Position numbers and translations under genes: made by a program. This document shows positions 18,491 through 28,573 of a stretch of 64,000 nt of DNA, piece by piece (positions within the stretch are counted from its first letter, which is position 1; every line of letters starts with the position of its first letter). The notes below the pieces were generated by a model that saw only the letters and a program-made list of their open reading frames with translations, had not been told where the DNA came from and did no database searches. Location: contig JBBRCZ010000009.1 in the NCBI GenBank assembly GCA_038204425.1, positions 57,202 to 121,201 on the forward strand, written 5' to 3'. The stretch comes from Spirochaetia bacterium. Lineage in GTDB: Bacteria; Spirochaetota; Spirochaetia; DSM-27196; Salinispiraceae.

Positions 18491-20155
18491 ATGGCGGTGT
18501 ACCATAATTTTGACCAAGTCAAAGCTTTTTTTAATTTACAGGACTTGGCAGCGTCTGCCCCTAAACTCAAAGAAATTCTCACTAGTCAACGGATTGCGCA
18601 ATCGCGTGTTAGCTACCAACTTGGCGAAAGTCCAAGGCCAATTGTTAAGGTAGCAGCATCAAACGAAACTCTTGACTATATTTACGCTGCCAAGCAAACC
18701 AATGATGCGCTTATGGCGGCATTTGAGTCGCTTGCCTCCGAAGCAGAATTGATCGCCAAATATCGCGACTTGGTAAATGGGGAGCAGATGAACACCGGCG
18801 AGAAGCGCTTGGTCTTGCATCAACTCAGTCGCGGCACCGTGGCCAATGCAGTATTATACCAAGGCAAGGATCTGGGGGCGTTTTACGCGCAACAGATCCA
18901 ACGCATAGCTGAGTTTTCGGCGGCTGTTGATGCTGGCAGAATAGTCTCAGCAAGTGGCAAAAAGTTTGACACCGTAGTTCAAATTGGCATAGGTGGTTCT
19001 GACTTGGGTCCACGCGCTATCTATTTGGCGCTCAAAACCTGGGTGGATGCAAAAAATTGTAAAGATAGGTCCAATAGTTTACAAGGCAGCGCCTTAAAGA
19101 TGAAGGCCTTGTTTATGTCCAACGTTGACCCCGATGATGCAGCAGATGTTTTGGGCCAAATAGACGCCGAAACCAGCTTGTTTGTGCTTGTGTCTAAGTC
19201 TGGCACAACCCAAGAGACACTTACCAATGAAGCTTTGGTACTCAAGTTTTTAGCGTCCAAGGGCGTGGCCAATGGTCGTCGCCAAATGATTTGTGTAACT
19301 TCAGAAACCAGTCCACTTGCCAAATCCAGTGAATACCTCGATAGCTTTTTTATAGACGACTTTATCGGCGGGCGCTACTCCTCGTGCAGTGCTGTTGGTG
19401 GCGCCGTACTCTCACTGGCCTTTGGACCGCAAGTCTTTGCCGAGTTTTTGGCTGGTGCCCACGCTGCCGACGTTGCCGCATTAGAACCGCAGGTGAGCAA
19501 AAACCCTGCCTTGCTTGACGCCTTGATTGGCGTGTGGGAACGCAACTTTTTGGGCTACCAAACAACGGCGGTCTTGCCTTATAGTCAAGCTTTGGCACGC
19601 TTTCCTGCTCACTTACAGCAGTTGGACATGGAGTCCAATGGTAAGCAGGTCAACCGGGCAGGGCAGCCTATCCATTACGCTACCGGGCCTGTGATTTTTG
19701 GCGAGCCGGGCACCAATGGTCAGCATAGCTTCTTCCAACTCTTGCATCAGGGTAGCGATGTGATTCCACTGCAATTTGTGGGCTTTAGGCAGGCGCAAGA
19801 CGGTTTGGACATCGACTTCCAAGGCTCGAGCAGTCAAGCTAAGTTAAACGCGAATCTAGCGGCTCAGATTGTGGCTTTTGCCTTGGGCAGTACCAACGAC
19901 AATGCCAACAAAAACTTCCCCGGAGAACGACCCTCCAGTCTCTTGGTGGCCGACAGTTTGACGCCGCGTGTTTTGGGCGCTCTCTTGGCCCACTTTGAGA
20001 ACAAAGTAATGTTTCAGGGTTTGGTTTGGAATCTCAATTCGTTTGATCAAGAAGGCGTGCAGCTGGGCAAAGTGCTCACAGGGACGGTGCTTGAGGGCAC
20101 AGGTGCCAGCGCTGAGCTTGTGGCCTTTGCCAACGAGCTAGGGGTCCAGAAGTGA
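18491..20155 (+). CDS. pgi: Glucose-6-phosphate isomerase
   Basis: IGIGGSDLGP, SKSGTTQET, IGGRYS, LQQLDMESNGK, GEPGTNGQHSFFQLLHQG and NSFDQEGVQLGK. Confidence 0.97.
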   Translation: MAVYHNFDQVKAFFNLQDLAASAPKLKEILTSQRIAQSRVSYQLGESPRPIVKVAASNETLDYIYAAKQTNDALMAAFESLASEAELIAKYRDLVNGEQMNTGEKRLVLHQLSRGTVANAVLYQGKDLGAFYAQQIQRIAEFSAAVDAGRIVSASGKKFDTVVQIGIGGSDLGPRAIYLALKTWVDAKNCKDRSNSLQGSALKMKALFMSNVDPDDAADVLGQIDAETSLFVLVSKSGTTQETLTNEALVLKFLASKGVANGRRQMICVTSETSPLAKSSEYLDSFFIDDFIGGRYSSCSAVGGAVLSLAFGPQVFAEFLAGAHAADVAALEPQVSKNPALLDALIGVWERNFLGYQTTAVLPYSQALARFPAHLQQLDMESNGKQVNRAGQPIHYATGPVIFGEPGTNGQHSFFQLLHQGSDVIPLQFVGFRQAQDGLDIDFQGSSSQAKLNANLAAQIVAFALGSTNDNANKNFPGERPSSLLVADSLTPRVLGALLAHFENKVMFQGLVWNLNSFDQEGVQLGKVLTGTVLEGTGASAELVAFANELGVQK

Positions 20156-20226
20156 AAAGTGTTGGCCATGGTGGGCAGGTCTTGGTCTAGTTGCCAGGGC
20201 TAAAGACCTAGTCGCCAGATGCCGGT

Positions 20227-21006
20227 CTACTTTCGAAACGACAAGGGTGACTTGCCAAATTTGCGTTTAAACTGCCGACTGAGATGGCTAATATCATAGA
20301 ACTTGAGAAACTCAGCAATATCTTGCAGTTTCCAGTTGGTATTGAGTAGAAAGTTAGCAGCCTGAACAAGCTTAAGGTCCATGTAGTATTGCATGGGAGA
20401 TATACCCATCCGCTTCTTAAAATAAGAGAAGAAGTAGTTCTTGTTGAGTTTTAGCTCCTTGGCAAGTTCCTCTACCGTGAGACTTTCGGAAACTCTGCTT
20501 TTCATTATTGCGATGGCTTCAATAACCCGGCTGTCGTCGGCACTTAAGTCCAAAGAGTGGTCCTCAGGTGTAAAGAGATCATAAAGCATGCTCAGAAACT
20601 GATAGTTCATAGAAGTCTGCTTGAGTTTGTTTTTAGACTCAAACTTAAGGATTATTTCATCTAACTTTTTGTAGATTGTCAAGTTGGCGTCGAGAAAGCC
20701 ACTCTCAAAAGCTTCGCAAATTCTTTTGTCCAATTCCGCGTTGTTGACAGAAAAAGTGACCCAGTACAAGGTCATTGGCGAGGCGCTATACTCGTCGGTG
20801 CCTTCTAAGAAAGCAAGGCTATGTTCTTCCTTGGGTCGTGACAAAAATATCCGGTTCTTTAGCTCTTGGTAGCCCATTCCATTGTTGGTTAAGAGTCTTC
20901 CGTTTTCTTTGTAGAGTGTAATTTCGTACTCATTATCGTGAGAATGATTGTAAATGATACCATTGCCAACATTGTAAAAGCCAGTGTTGTTTATTTCCAG
21001 TTCCAT
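20227..21006 (-). CDS. AraC family transcriptional regulator
   Basis: N-terminal cupin-like HSH..YEI domain and C-terminal double HTH (ELAKEL.LNKNYF...FK..MGISP..Y; IAEFL.F.DISHLSRQFKRKFG.SP..FR). Confidence 0.92.
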   Translation of the reverse strand: MELEINNTGFYNVGNGIIYNHSHDNEYEITLYKENGRLLTNNGMGYQELKNRIFLSRPKEEHSLAFLEGTDEYSASPMTLYWVTFSVNNAELDKRICEAFESGFLDANLTIYKKLDEIILKFESKNKLKQTSMNYQFLSMLYDLFTPEDHSLDLSADDSRVIEAIAIMKSRVSESLTVEELAKELKLNKNYFFSYFKKRMGISPMQYYMDLKLVQAANFLLNTNWKLQDIAEFLKFYDISHLSRQFKRKFGKSPLSFRK

Positions 21007-21044
21007 AGAACCGCTATACTACCGTAAAATTTGTGCCTTGTTAA

Positions 21045-24000
21045 TCAAGGCACCGGCGAAACACTGGTATCCGAGACTATTTTGTGCAGCTTGAGCCAAG
21101 CCTGCAGTTCCAGCTTGCTGGCTTCGTATTCTAGTTGCACCTCTTCAACTAAGCTTTCTAGGTCATCAAAACCGCACTCTAGACATTGTTCTATAGCCTG
21201 CAGTTTGGACCTTAGGGATTCCAAGTTGAGGTTGGCAGCTGAGCCTTTAAGCTTGTGGGCAAGTTTGCGGGCCTTCTCTTTTTCGGATTTTTGTGCAAGT
21301 TTCATTAAGTCTCGATAGTCTTGTTCGCTCTCCCGCAAAAAAATCTCTATCACTTGTTGAGCTAGGTCAGACTGGCCGCCAACTCTTTTTAAAAAGGCCG
21401 ATTGATCAAAGGCGTGAAACGTGGTGCCCAAACTCTGCGCCGGTTCTGGCGGAGCTTGTTGCCCTTGCGGAGCTTGTGACCCGTGCGTTAGCCACTTGTC
21501 GAGTATTTCAGCTAGTGTATTGAAGTCCACAGGTTTGCTCATGAAGTCGTTCATGCCGTGTCTTAGGCATTCTTCCTTGTCGCCCTTTAGGTTGGAAGCC
21601 GTCATGGCTATCACGGGTATTTGATGGTTGCGCACGCTGGAGCTGATGTCTCGGATTAAAGTGCTTGCCTGCAGTCCGCTCATGACTGGCATGTTGATGT
21701 CCATCAAGACCAAGTCAAAGTCTTGCTTTGTGAGGTTCTGCAAAACCTCTTGTCCATTCTCTACTGTATCGCACTGGTAGCCAAGTTTGGATAGATAAAT
21801 GAGCATTAGGGTGCGATTGACTTCATCGTCATCAGCAAGCAATAGCCTGCCAGAGCGTTTTTGCGCGTAACGCTCAGCCAAGTGATCCTCGCGCACTGAA
21901 TGCCGGGTAATGAGTTTGGTTTGGCTTTTTTTTCTGCTTGAGACTAGGCAATCATGCAAGTCATTTGCTTCTATAGGTTTAGGCAAGTACACGTCAAATC
22001 CAGCGGCACGGGCTTGGTTGGCGTCGCCACGTTCTGGTCGGCAGTGGGTAAGCAATAGAATCGTCTGATTGATGTTTTGGTCTAGTCTAATTGTTCTGCC
22101 AAGTTCGAGTCCACTCATTTCTGCAAGGTCTTGTTCAACTATAACCATGGCAAATGGATCCTGGTTTTCGGCAGCCTGCGTTAACATATTCAGGGCTTGT
22201 GAACCATGCTTGGCTTGATGGACTCTCATACTCCAAGCGCGTAGATTAGTGTCGAGTAAGAACCGATCTTCGCTGCTATCATCAAGAATCAGAATCTTGA
22301 CTCCATCAAGCTGGTCATGTGGGGCAGCTACTTGGCAAGGCTGAGAGGGCATAGCTTGCAATACAAGTTTGACATCAAACCAAAACTCCGAGCCCTGGCC
22401 ATGCTTACTTGTAAGTCCTATCTTACCGTTCATGAGTTCACACAGCTCTTTGCAAATTGCCAGACCCAGACCAGTACCACCAAAATGTCGGGTGCTGGAA
22501 GCATCTACCTGAACAAACTTATTAAAGAGCATGCTGATTTTGTCATCTTCTATGCCAATTCCAGTGTCAATCACGCGTGCATGCAGGTTTATGCCGCCTA
22601 CTACGAGGCTGTCTGTGTCTTGGCTCCAAGCCATCTTGAGTACCACTTCTCCTTGGTGCGTAAATTTTATCGCATTATCCAAGAGGTGAGAAATAATCTG
22701 ACGCAGTCGGCCGGGGTCACCCTTGAGCAAGACGGGCAGATCCACGGCGGCCGTCCAAGCGAGTCTTAAGCTCTTTTCTTGAGCCTTAGGCATCATGCTT
22801 TGCATAACATCGTCAATCAACTGCAGCATGTCAAAGTTGATGATTGACAAGTCAAGTTTGCCTACTTCCAGTTTGGTATAATCCAAAATATCGTTGAGCA
22901 GCGTTAAGAGTGAACTGCTACATTGCCTTACTGTTTGAGCATATTGCAGTTGTTCCTCGTTGAGTCCACTGCCTAGTAAGATACTGTTCATACCAATGAT
23001 GCCGTTCATCGGAGTTCTGAGCTCGTGGCTAATATTTGCCAAAAATTCAGTCTTGGCCACGTTGGCAGCATTGGCCTTTTTTTCCATCTCTTGGGCCTTT
23101 TGGTTGAGTTCCTTAAGGTCGCTAATGTCACTCATGGCCACCACAACCAAGTCTAAATGATTTATAGTGACTGGCTCAATACTGTAGCGTAGCCAGAGAG
23201 GCTTGTCGTTATCCGTCAGTACACCGGAAAGACACATTTCTTGATCATTAATCGCAGGTCCTGCTGAAAAAATGCTTTTAATGCCCTTGTTTAGCTCACA
23301 ATCAGAACACTCAGTGCCAAAGCCGCATCCTCCACTGTGGCTGAGCTGGTCTATGCAGTCGATAAACTCACCGCAGCGAAATACTTGTTCCATGCTGCCC
23401 TCTTGGGCAAAGAGTTTGCGGGCGGCATGGTTGCTTTGCAGTACTTGCCTATCTTGGTTGACCACCAAGAGCGCAACTGGCGACGCCGCTAGGATCGCCT
23501 TAAAGTTGTCCTTCTCAGTGTTAAGATGCCGCGTAATCGCGCGGTGGGTAAACTCATAGCCAGTTTGGAAAAGCGTCAAAAGCAGGTAAATACCCAAAAA
23601 ACGCACCATAACGCGGTCTTCGGGTAAGGCAGCTGGGATGTTTAGCACTTTGCTAGACAAAAACAAAGTCAAAAGCGCTGCTAGGTAGGCAACACTAATC
23701 CTTAGGCCTGATTTAAAGCCCAAAAGATACGACGACGCCAATGGAACTATCAAGCTCCAAAGGTAACCGGTTCCGTGATCGCCACCAGAAACAAAAAAGG
23801 ACAAAAAGGCGAGTAGTGAAGCAATGCTGACTATAATGTTGGCGCTCTTATTGCGAGGGCGATTTAAGGTCAATACCAATGCAATAGTGAGTGAGATAGC
23901 AAAAAAAGTATCTAATAGGGTCAAAAAATAATTGTTTATGGTCCAAGCATATATGCCGGCGATCAAGGTGTATACAAGCGCAACAATAAGTATGGAGAGA

Positions 24001-24104
24001 CTTAAAAAGTGTTTGACTTGATCATCAACATCAGGACGCAGCATCAGCGCTCGCAGGCCACGCATTGGTTTACTAGTAGTGGGGTCCTGCTTGGAGCTCG
24101 CCAT
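21045..24104 (-). CDS. Membrane hybrid sensor histidine kinase (TM-PAS-HisKA-HATPase-REC-REC-Hpt)
   Basis: H-box [17 protein letters not shown]-box NAIKFT, DTGIGI, GGTGLGL, two receiver domains and Hpt [11 protein letters not shown]. Confidence 0.95.
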   Translation of the reverse strand: MASSKQDPTTSKPMRGLRALMLRPDVDDQVKHFLSLSILIVALVYTLIAGIYAWTINNYFLTLLDTFFAISLTIALVLTLNRPRNKSANIIVSIASLLAFLSFFVSGGDHGTGYLWSLIVPLASSYLLGFKSGLRISVAYLAALLTLFLSSKVLNIPAALPEDRVMVRFLGIYLLLTLFQTGYEFTHRAITRHLNTEKDNFKAILAASPVALLVVNQDRQVLQSNHAARKLFAQEGSMEQVFRCGEFIDCIDQLSHSGGCGFGTECSDCELNKGIKSIFSAGPAINDQEMCLSGVLTDNDKPLWLRYSIEPVTINHLDLVVVAMSDISDLKELNQKAQEMEKKANAANVAKTEFLANISHELRTPMNGIIGMNSILLGSGLNEEQLQYAQTVRQCSSSLLTLLNDILDYTKLEVGKLDLSIINFDMLQLIDDVMQSMMPKAQEKSLRLAWTAAVDLPVLLKGDPGRLRQIISHLLDNAIKFTHQGEVVLKMAWSQDTDSLVVGGINLHARVIDTGIGIEDDKISMLFNKFVQVDASSTRHFGGTGLGLAICKELCELMNGKIGLTSKHGQGSEFWFDVKLVLQAMPSQPCQVAAPHDQLDGVKILILDDSSEDRFLLDTNLRAWSMRVHQAKHGSQALNMLTQAAENQDPFAMVIVEQDLAEMSGLELGRTIRLDQNINQTILLLTHCRPERGDANQARAAGFDVYLPKPIEANDLHDCLVSSRKKSQTKLITRHSVREDHLAERYAQKRSGRLLLADDDEVNRTLMLIYLSKLGYQCDTVENGQEVLQNLTKQDFDLVLMDINMPVMSGLQASTLIRDISSSVRNHQIPVIAMTASNLKGDKEECLRHGMNDFMSKPVDFNTLAEILDKWLTHGSQAPQGQQAPPEPAQSLGTTFHAFDQSAFLKRVGGQSDLAQQVIEIFLRESEQDYRDLMKLAQKSEKEKARKLAHKLKGSAANLNLESLRSKLQAIEQCLECGFDDLESLVEEVQLEYEASKLELQAWLKLHKIVSDTSVSPVP

Positions 24105-24160
24105 GACATGCCCTTCCTTATCTCTACTATTCTAAGTCATCAAACTGTCAGTCTGCAAAC

Positions 24161-24442
24161 TTAAGATATAGACATACGGTGTCCTAGGCGCATCACTTTG
24201 AGCAGTTCTGCAATCTCTGGGCTTGTGTTTATTAAGCCAAGCTTACGACCCTGAGTTTCTAGCTGCTTGATGAGAAGTACCAAAAGTCCAATGCCTTTTG
24301 AATCAATCATGCTAACTCTTGCTAAATCGATCAAAAAGTCACCCTCAGATTGTTCAATCAATGGGTTGACTTGTTTGTGAAGCGCCGTGATTTCAACCGA
24401 AACAAGGTCGGTAGGTGCCAAAAAAGTAACAGATTCTGCCAT
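24161..24442 (-). CDS. STAS domain anti-sigma-factor antagonist
   Basis: IDLARVSMIDSKGIGLLV, including the conserved phospho-Ser motif DS.G. 93 aa. Confidence 0.9.
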   Translation of the reverse strand: MAESVTFLAPTDLVSVEITALHKQVNPLIEQSEGDFLIDLARVSMIDSKGIGLLVLLIKQLETQGRKLGLINTSPEIAELLKVMRLGHRMSIS

Positions 24443-24461
24443 GGTTTTACCCTCGTTCCAA

Positions 24462-25598
24462 TTAGATTTCTATCAACAAAAGTAGGCGATCGTCGGCTCC
24501 GGGGTGATTGACAAACAGCCTGCTGCCGACATAAGTGATCGCATCATCTATGCTCATAGTGTAGGTCGCAGATAGAATCTCTTGCAACAATTCGATACCT
24601 TTTTTCCATGAACTTCCTTTTTCAAAATCTTCGACTACTCCGTCAGAGTAGAGGCAGATCCGACTGGTCTTTTTTAGATCCAGTTGGCGCACTGCAAAAA
24701 AGGGATCGTCAAACGCACCCAAGATGTCTCCCTCTGAATAGACTGGCTCAAAGTTTTTTCCGTCGTGTGCAAGTAAGGCGGGTAGGTGGCCAGCTGAAAC
24801 CAAATAGGCTTGGTTGATGCGCCGATTGACCTGTAAGTAAGTGGCTGTGAGCAATTGACCATCTTTTAAGAAGTCTTTGATGACCGCATTAATGCGTTGA
24901 AAGGTCTCGACCGGGCTTTGCATTATTGACGCATTTTCTCTAAACAGCACCTTGACCACCGATGAAAGATACGATGCCTCTATGCCATGGCCAGAAACAT
25001 CAGCAACCAAGTAGCCATAGATTCCGTTTCCAAGCTTTACAAGGTCGTATTGGTCTCCTCCGGCTTCTGCTGCTTCCTCAAAATAGACGGCACAGTGAGA
25101 ATCAGGAAGATTTTTAGGGTTGGTCAAAAATGATTGGTGGGCTTGAGTTAGCTGACGCAGCTTGATTTTTTGCTGCTCAATTATGAGTTGATTGGCAACT
25201 TTAAGCCTAATGTGGATCCGTACCCGTGCCACCAACTCCTGGCCATTAAATGGCTTAGTGATGTAGTCGACGCCACCAATCGAAAGCCCCTTTATTTTGC
25301 TGTCATCATCGATCTGGCCGGTAATAAAGATTACCGGAATGTCGCGCGTGTCCTGTCTTGTTTGCAGCTGGGCACAAAGTGCAAAGCCATCACCATCTGG
25401 CAGTTGGATGTCGAGCAAAATGAGGTCGGGGTGTTGTGCCTCAATACACGGAACAAGCTCTTTGGCCAATGCGGCTTGTTGGCAGCTAAATCCTGCATTT
25501 TCGAGTATACCAACCGCAATTAGCCGACTGACTGCGTCGTCATCAACAACGAGAATATTATATTTGGTTTTTGATTCGAAACTAAGCTCTTCAAACAT
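24462..25598 (-). CDS. Response regulator with PP2C/SpoIIE phosphatase domain (RsbU-like)
   Basis: REC domain (VVDDD, LLDIQLP, YITKPF) followed by GGDQYD, VADVSGHG, SAGHLP, YSDGVVE and DDRLLL. Confidence 0.92.
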   Translation of the reverse strand: MFEELSFESKTKYNILVVDDDAVSRLIAVGILENAGFSCQQAALAKELVPCIEAQHPDLILLDIQLPDGDGFALCAQLQTRQDTRDIPVIFITGQIDDDSKIKGLSIGGVDYITKPFNGQELVARVRIHIRLKVANQLIIEQQKIKLRQLTQAHQSFLTNPKNLPDSHCAVYFEEAAEAGGDQYDLVKLGNGIYGYLVADVSGHGIEASYLSSVVKVLFRENASIMQSPVETFQRINAVIKDFLKDGQLLTATYLQVNRRINQAYLVSAGHLPALLAHDGKNFEPVYSEGDILGAFDDPFFAVRQLDLKKTSRICLYSDGVVEDFEKGSSWKKGIELLQEILSATYTMSIDDAITYVGSRLFVNHPGADDRLLLLIEI

Positions 25599-25663
25599 TC
25601 AATCTTCCGATCTTCCATTCTCCATTAATCTTAGGAACCAGTTGACATTCTGGATTCTTATAC

Positions 25664-25691
25664 TTGACAGCCAAAAAATCCAGCGTATAAT
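25664..25691 (+). promoter_or_regulatory. Consensus sigma70 promoter of the ROK/sugar operon
   Basis: TTGACA (25664-25669), 16-nt spacer, TATAAT (25686-25691), about 40 nt upstream of ATG 25732. Confidence 0.8.
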
Positions 25692-25731
25692 GCTTATTAT
25701 AAGACTTGAAATAAGTTTAGGGAGTTATTGC

Positions 25732-26940
25732 ATGCCTTTTTCGGTTGAAACGACTATGGATCTGCGCAATCTAAACAAAAAGAAGGTTTTTGGCTTTCTT
25801 TGTGAAAATTCCCCTACAACTCGTAAAGACATGGTCAGTGGCTTGGGGCTCAGTTTTGGCACTATCGCGACCATCTGCAAAGAACTGATTACTGAAGGGC
25901 TGATGAGCAGTGCATCTTCAAATAGATCAAACGGAGGTCGGATTCCAGACCTAGTCTTTTTAAAGCCAGATGGCGCTTATGTAGCGTGTCTCGATTTGAT
26001 CCAACACGAGAAGACGAGCCTATATTTTTATGATTTAGCAGGAAAACTCATAAGCTGTGAGCATTGTGATACTAGCGGCGTTAGCGACTATGCTGCGCTT
26101 GAGGCACAGGTGCTTGGTGCCTACCAACGGATTGTAGCGCAATTTGCACATGCTCCGCAGGTTGTGGGCATGGGTATTGCGGTGCCAGCTATTCCAGACC
26201 GAAGAACGGGCTTGCTTATTCATTCTACCAATCCAATTTTGGAGAACGTTGCTTTGGCAAGCAGGCTTGAGTCCGCCTTGGCAATCAAGGTAGTGGTTGA
26301 GAATGAGTCCAATCTTTTGGCAAGTGCTTGCGTCCATAATCACCCTATTTCAAGGGCTTTGACTGATCTCATTTACCTTTATGGTGGTGAAGGCTTGGGG
26401 GCAGGCATTATATGCAATGACAAGCTCTTGCTGGGTGCACGTGGGCTTGGTGGAGAGATTAACCACTTACCCATTGGCCGCCGTAATTACCAGTGCTATT
26501 GTGGGCAAAAAAACTGCGTAGAAACAGAACTTGGTATTGCGGGCTTCTTAAAAAAATATAGAGAAGACAGCGGCCAAGACCTCGGAAATGATAGCAGCGG
26601 TTGGCATCGATTTAAAGAACTTGTCGCCAAGAACGATGGTTGCGCTCTGGCAGTTTGCCAAGAGAATGCGCATATTTTGGGAGCCTTGCTCGCATCGCTT
26701 TGCAATTTGTTTGACCCGCAGAGAGTCTATCTTGGTGGTTACGTGACAGACGTTTACGAATCTATGCAAACAATAGTCAAGCAAGAACTCGCTGCGAGAA
26801 ACGTGTCGCAAAGCTGGCCTGAAGATTTTCTTGAGCTTAGTTACAATTACCAAGACTTGCTACTAAAAGGCTGCCGAGATTTGGTGACGTCAAACTGGAT
26901 TCCACGAGCAAATTCAAAAAGAAAGAGTGGTGTAGCATGA
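25732..26940 (+). CDS. ROK family transcriptional regulator
   Basis: N-terminal wHTH, GGR.P, VENESN, GLGAGII and GEINH...C.CG..NC.E zinc motif. The true start is ATG 25732 after GGGAG; the upstream extension in the track overlaps the opposite-strand gene. Confidence 0.9.
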   Translation: MPFSVETTMDLRNLNKKKVFGFLCENSPTTRKDMVSGLGLSFGTIATICKELITEGLMSSASSNRSNGGRIPDLVFLKPDGAYVACLDLIQHEKTSLYFYDLAGKLISCEHCDTSGVSDYAALEAQVLGAYQRIVAQFAHAPQVVGMGIAVPAIPDRRTGLLIHSTNPILENVALASRLESALAIKVVVENESNLLASACVHNHPISRALTDLIYLYGGEGLGAGIICNDKLLLGARGLGGEINHLPIGRRNYQCYCGQKNCVETELGIAGFLKKYREDSGQDLGNDSSGWHRFKELVAKNDGCALAVCQENAHILGALLASLCNLFDPQRVYLGGYVTDVYESMQTIVKQELAARNVSQSWPEDFLELSYNYQDLLLKGCRDLVTSNWIPRANSKRKSGVA

Positions 26941-28556
26941 AAGTACGATCTGGTTCTTTAATTGGCTTTAGCCTTGTGACAGCGTTACTAAGTGGTTTGC
27001 TCTTGTTTTCTGCGTGTGAAAACAATCAAACCAAGCCAAGTGCCAGCAAAGATGGCAGCGTTTCTTTTTCTTGGTTAATTAACTATGACTGGTTTTCTCC
27101 ACCCAACAACTGGGGCGCCGACGTGGTCTCAGCTTGGCTCAAGCAAGAGAGAAAGTTGGACATCGAATGGCTAAGTCCGATGGGTGCTGGCGACTCGCGG
27201 CTCAATTTGATGATAGCAACCAACGAACTTCCAGACGTTATCAACTTAGACCACGGTGAGTTGGTAGATCAGCTGATAGACGCAGGTACCTTGCTGCCAA
27301 TTGATGACTATCTTGACCAAATGCCCAATCTGCGCCGCTGGGCCGGCAAGCTCAATTTGGAGCTCTTGCGTTACAAAGATGGAAAAATCTACCAGTTTCC
27401 CAATTGGTACATCAATCCAGACAAAAAACAAGGAAATGGTAGCGCTGCTTGGGCCATTAATACGCGGATTTACAAAGAGCTCAATAGTCCTCCATTGCTG
27501 ACCTTTGAAGACTTGGATAAGTATCTGGATTTGGTCAAGGCCAAGTATCCAGACATTATTCCCTTGGAACCTTGTGAGGGAAATCAAGCGTCAATTTTGA
27601 TGTACCTTGGGCAAGATGTAAACATGGTCAACCACTTGGCTAACGCCTTAGGTACACCGCAAAACGGCAAGTTTTCCCGAGTTTTTGAAGATCCGCGCGT
27701 TAGAGACACTTTTGTACGCATGAGTCGCTACTTTCGTAACGGCCTTGTAAGTCAAGATGCCTTTACGCAAAGTCGTGATCAGGTAATGGAAAAGCTCATC
27801 AATGCCAGAGTGGCGGTAGTTGCAAGCCAGGATGCAGAGATCATCGGGCGAGCAAACCGACAAAACACAATTGGAGAAGACCTCTACGAGGTAATTTGGC
27901 CAATTGCCAAAAAAGGCATTGATGCCAGTCAGGTCAAAATCTCAAGCTACAATACTCGAGGTTGGAATGCCAATGTGTTTACCAAAAAAGCTGCTGACCG
28001 GCTTGGCAGCATACTAAAACACTTGGACTGGTTAACCGGCGAAGAAGGACAAAGGGTTCTTTGCTACGGTCCTCCTGGCTACTTTTGGGACAAATTTGAT
28101 GAAGAAGGAATCCCTTTTTGGAACAGCCGTTATCAGAACGCCAGCAGCGCCGAGCGTGAGCAAGCACGACTTTTTAATTGGAACTGGGTCGGCAATACGT
28201 CTTGGGTAGACATCGGCAAGGCGGTTGCCAACAAACGAATGGCGGTTGAACACCAGGATCAGATGACGAGATGGCAAGGCGACATAATTTGGAAGACTAG
28301 CCGTGACGAAAAGGAATTTGGCTACAATAATCCACCAGCTGACAGTGAGCTTGGCATGATTAACACCATGATCTTGGACATTTATGACGAAGCGCGAACG
28401 TATTCCGTCTTTGCCAACTCTGATGCCCAGGTACTTTCCATTCTTGACCAAGCCCAAATTGACATGAACCAGATCGGCTATGACAAGTATTTAGACTATC
28501 ACAACAGCGCCTGGGCACAAAAAAAAGCTCAAGTCGAAGCGCTAGAAGAAAAATAA
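26937..28556 (+). CDS. ABC-type carbohydrate extracellular solute-binding lipoprotein
   Basis: Lipobox LFSAC, LNLMIATNELPDVI, DGKIYQFP, G.VSQDAFTQ and LDWL.GEEG...YGP.G. Resembles family 1 (LplA-like) sugar SBPs. Confidence 0.85.
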   Translation: MKVRSGSLIGFSLVTALLSGLLLFSACENNQTKPSASKDGSVSFSWLINYDWFSPPNNWGADVVSAWLKQERKLDIEWLSPMGAGDSRLNLMIATNELPDVINLDHGELVDQLIDAGTLLPIDDYLDQMPNLRRWAGKLNLELLRYKDGKIYQFPNWYINPDKKQGNGSAAWAINTRIYKELNSPPLLTFEDLDKYLDLVKAKYPDIIPLEPCEGNQASILMYLGQDVNMVNHLANALGTPQNGKFSRVFEDPRVRDTFVRMSRYFRNGLVSQDAFTQSRDQVMEKLINARVAVVASQDAEIIGRANRQNTIGEDLYEVIWPIAKKGIDASQVKISSYNTRGWNANVFTKKAADRLGSILKHLDWLTGEEGQRVLCYGPPGYFWDKFDEEGIPFWNSRYQNASSAEREQARLFNWNWVGNTSWVDIGKAVANKRMAVEHQDQMTRWQGDIIWKTSRDEKEFGYNNPPADSELGMINTMILDIYDEARTYSVFANSDAQVLSILDQAQIDMNQIGYDKYLDYHNSAWAQKKAQVEALEEK

Positions 28557-28573
28557 GACTTTAGGAGACCAAA

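Noticed and set aside
25297..25731. 145-codon N-terminal extension of the ROK ORF in the track
   Set aside because: It overlaps the opposite-strand REC-PP2C gene and contains the promoter. The RBS and domain start support ATG 25732.
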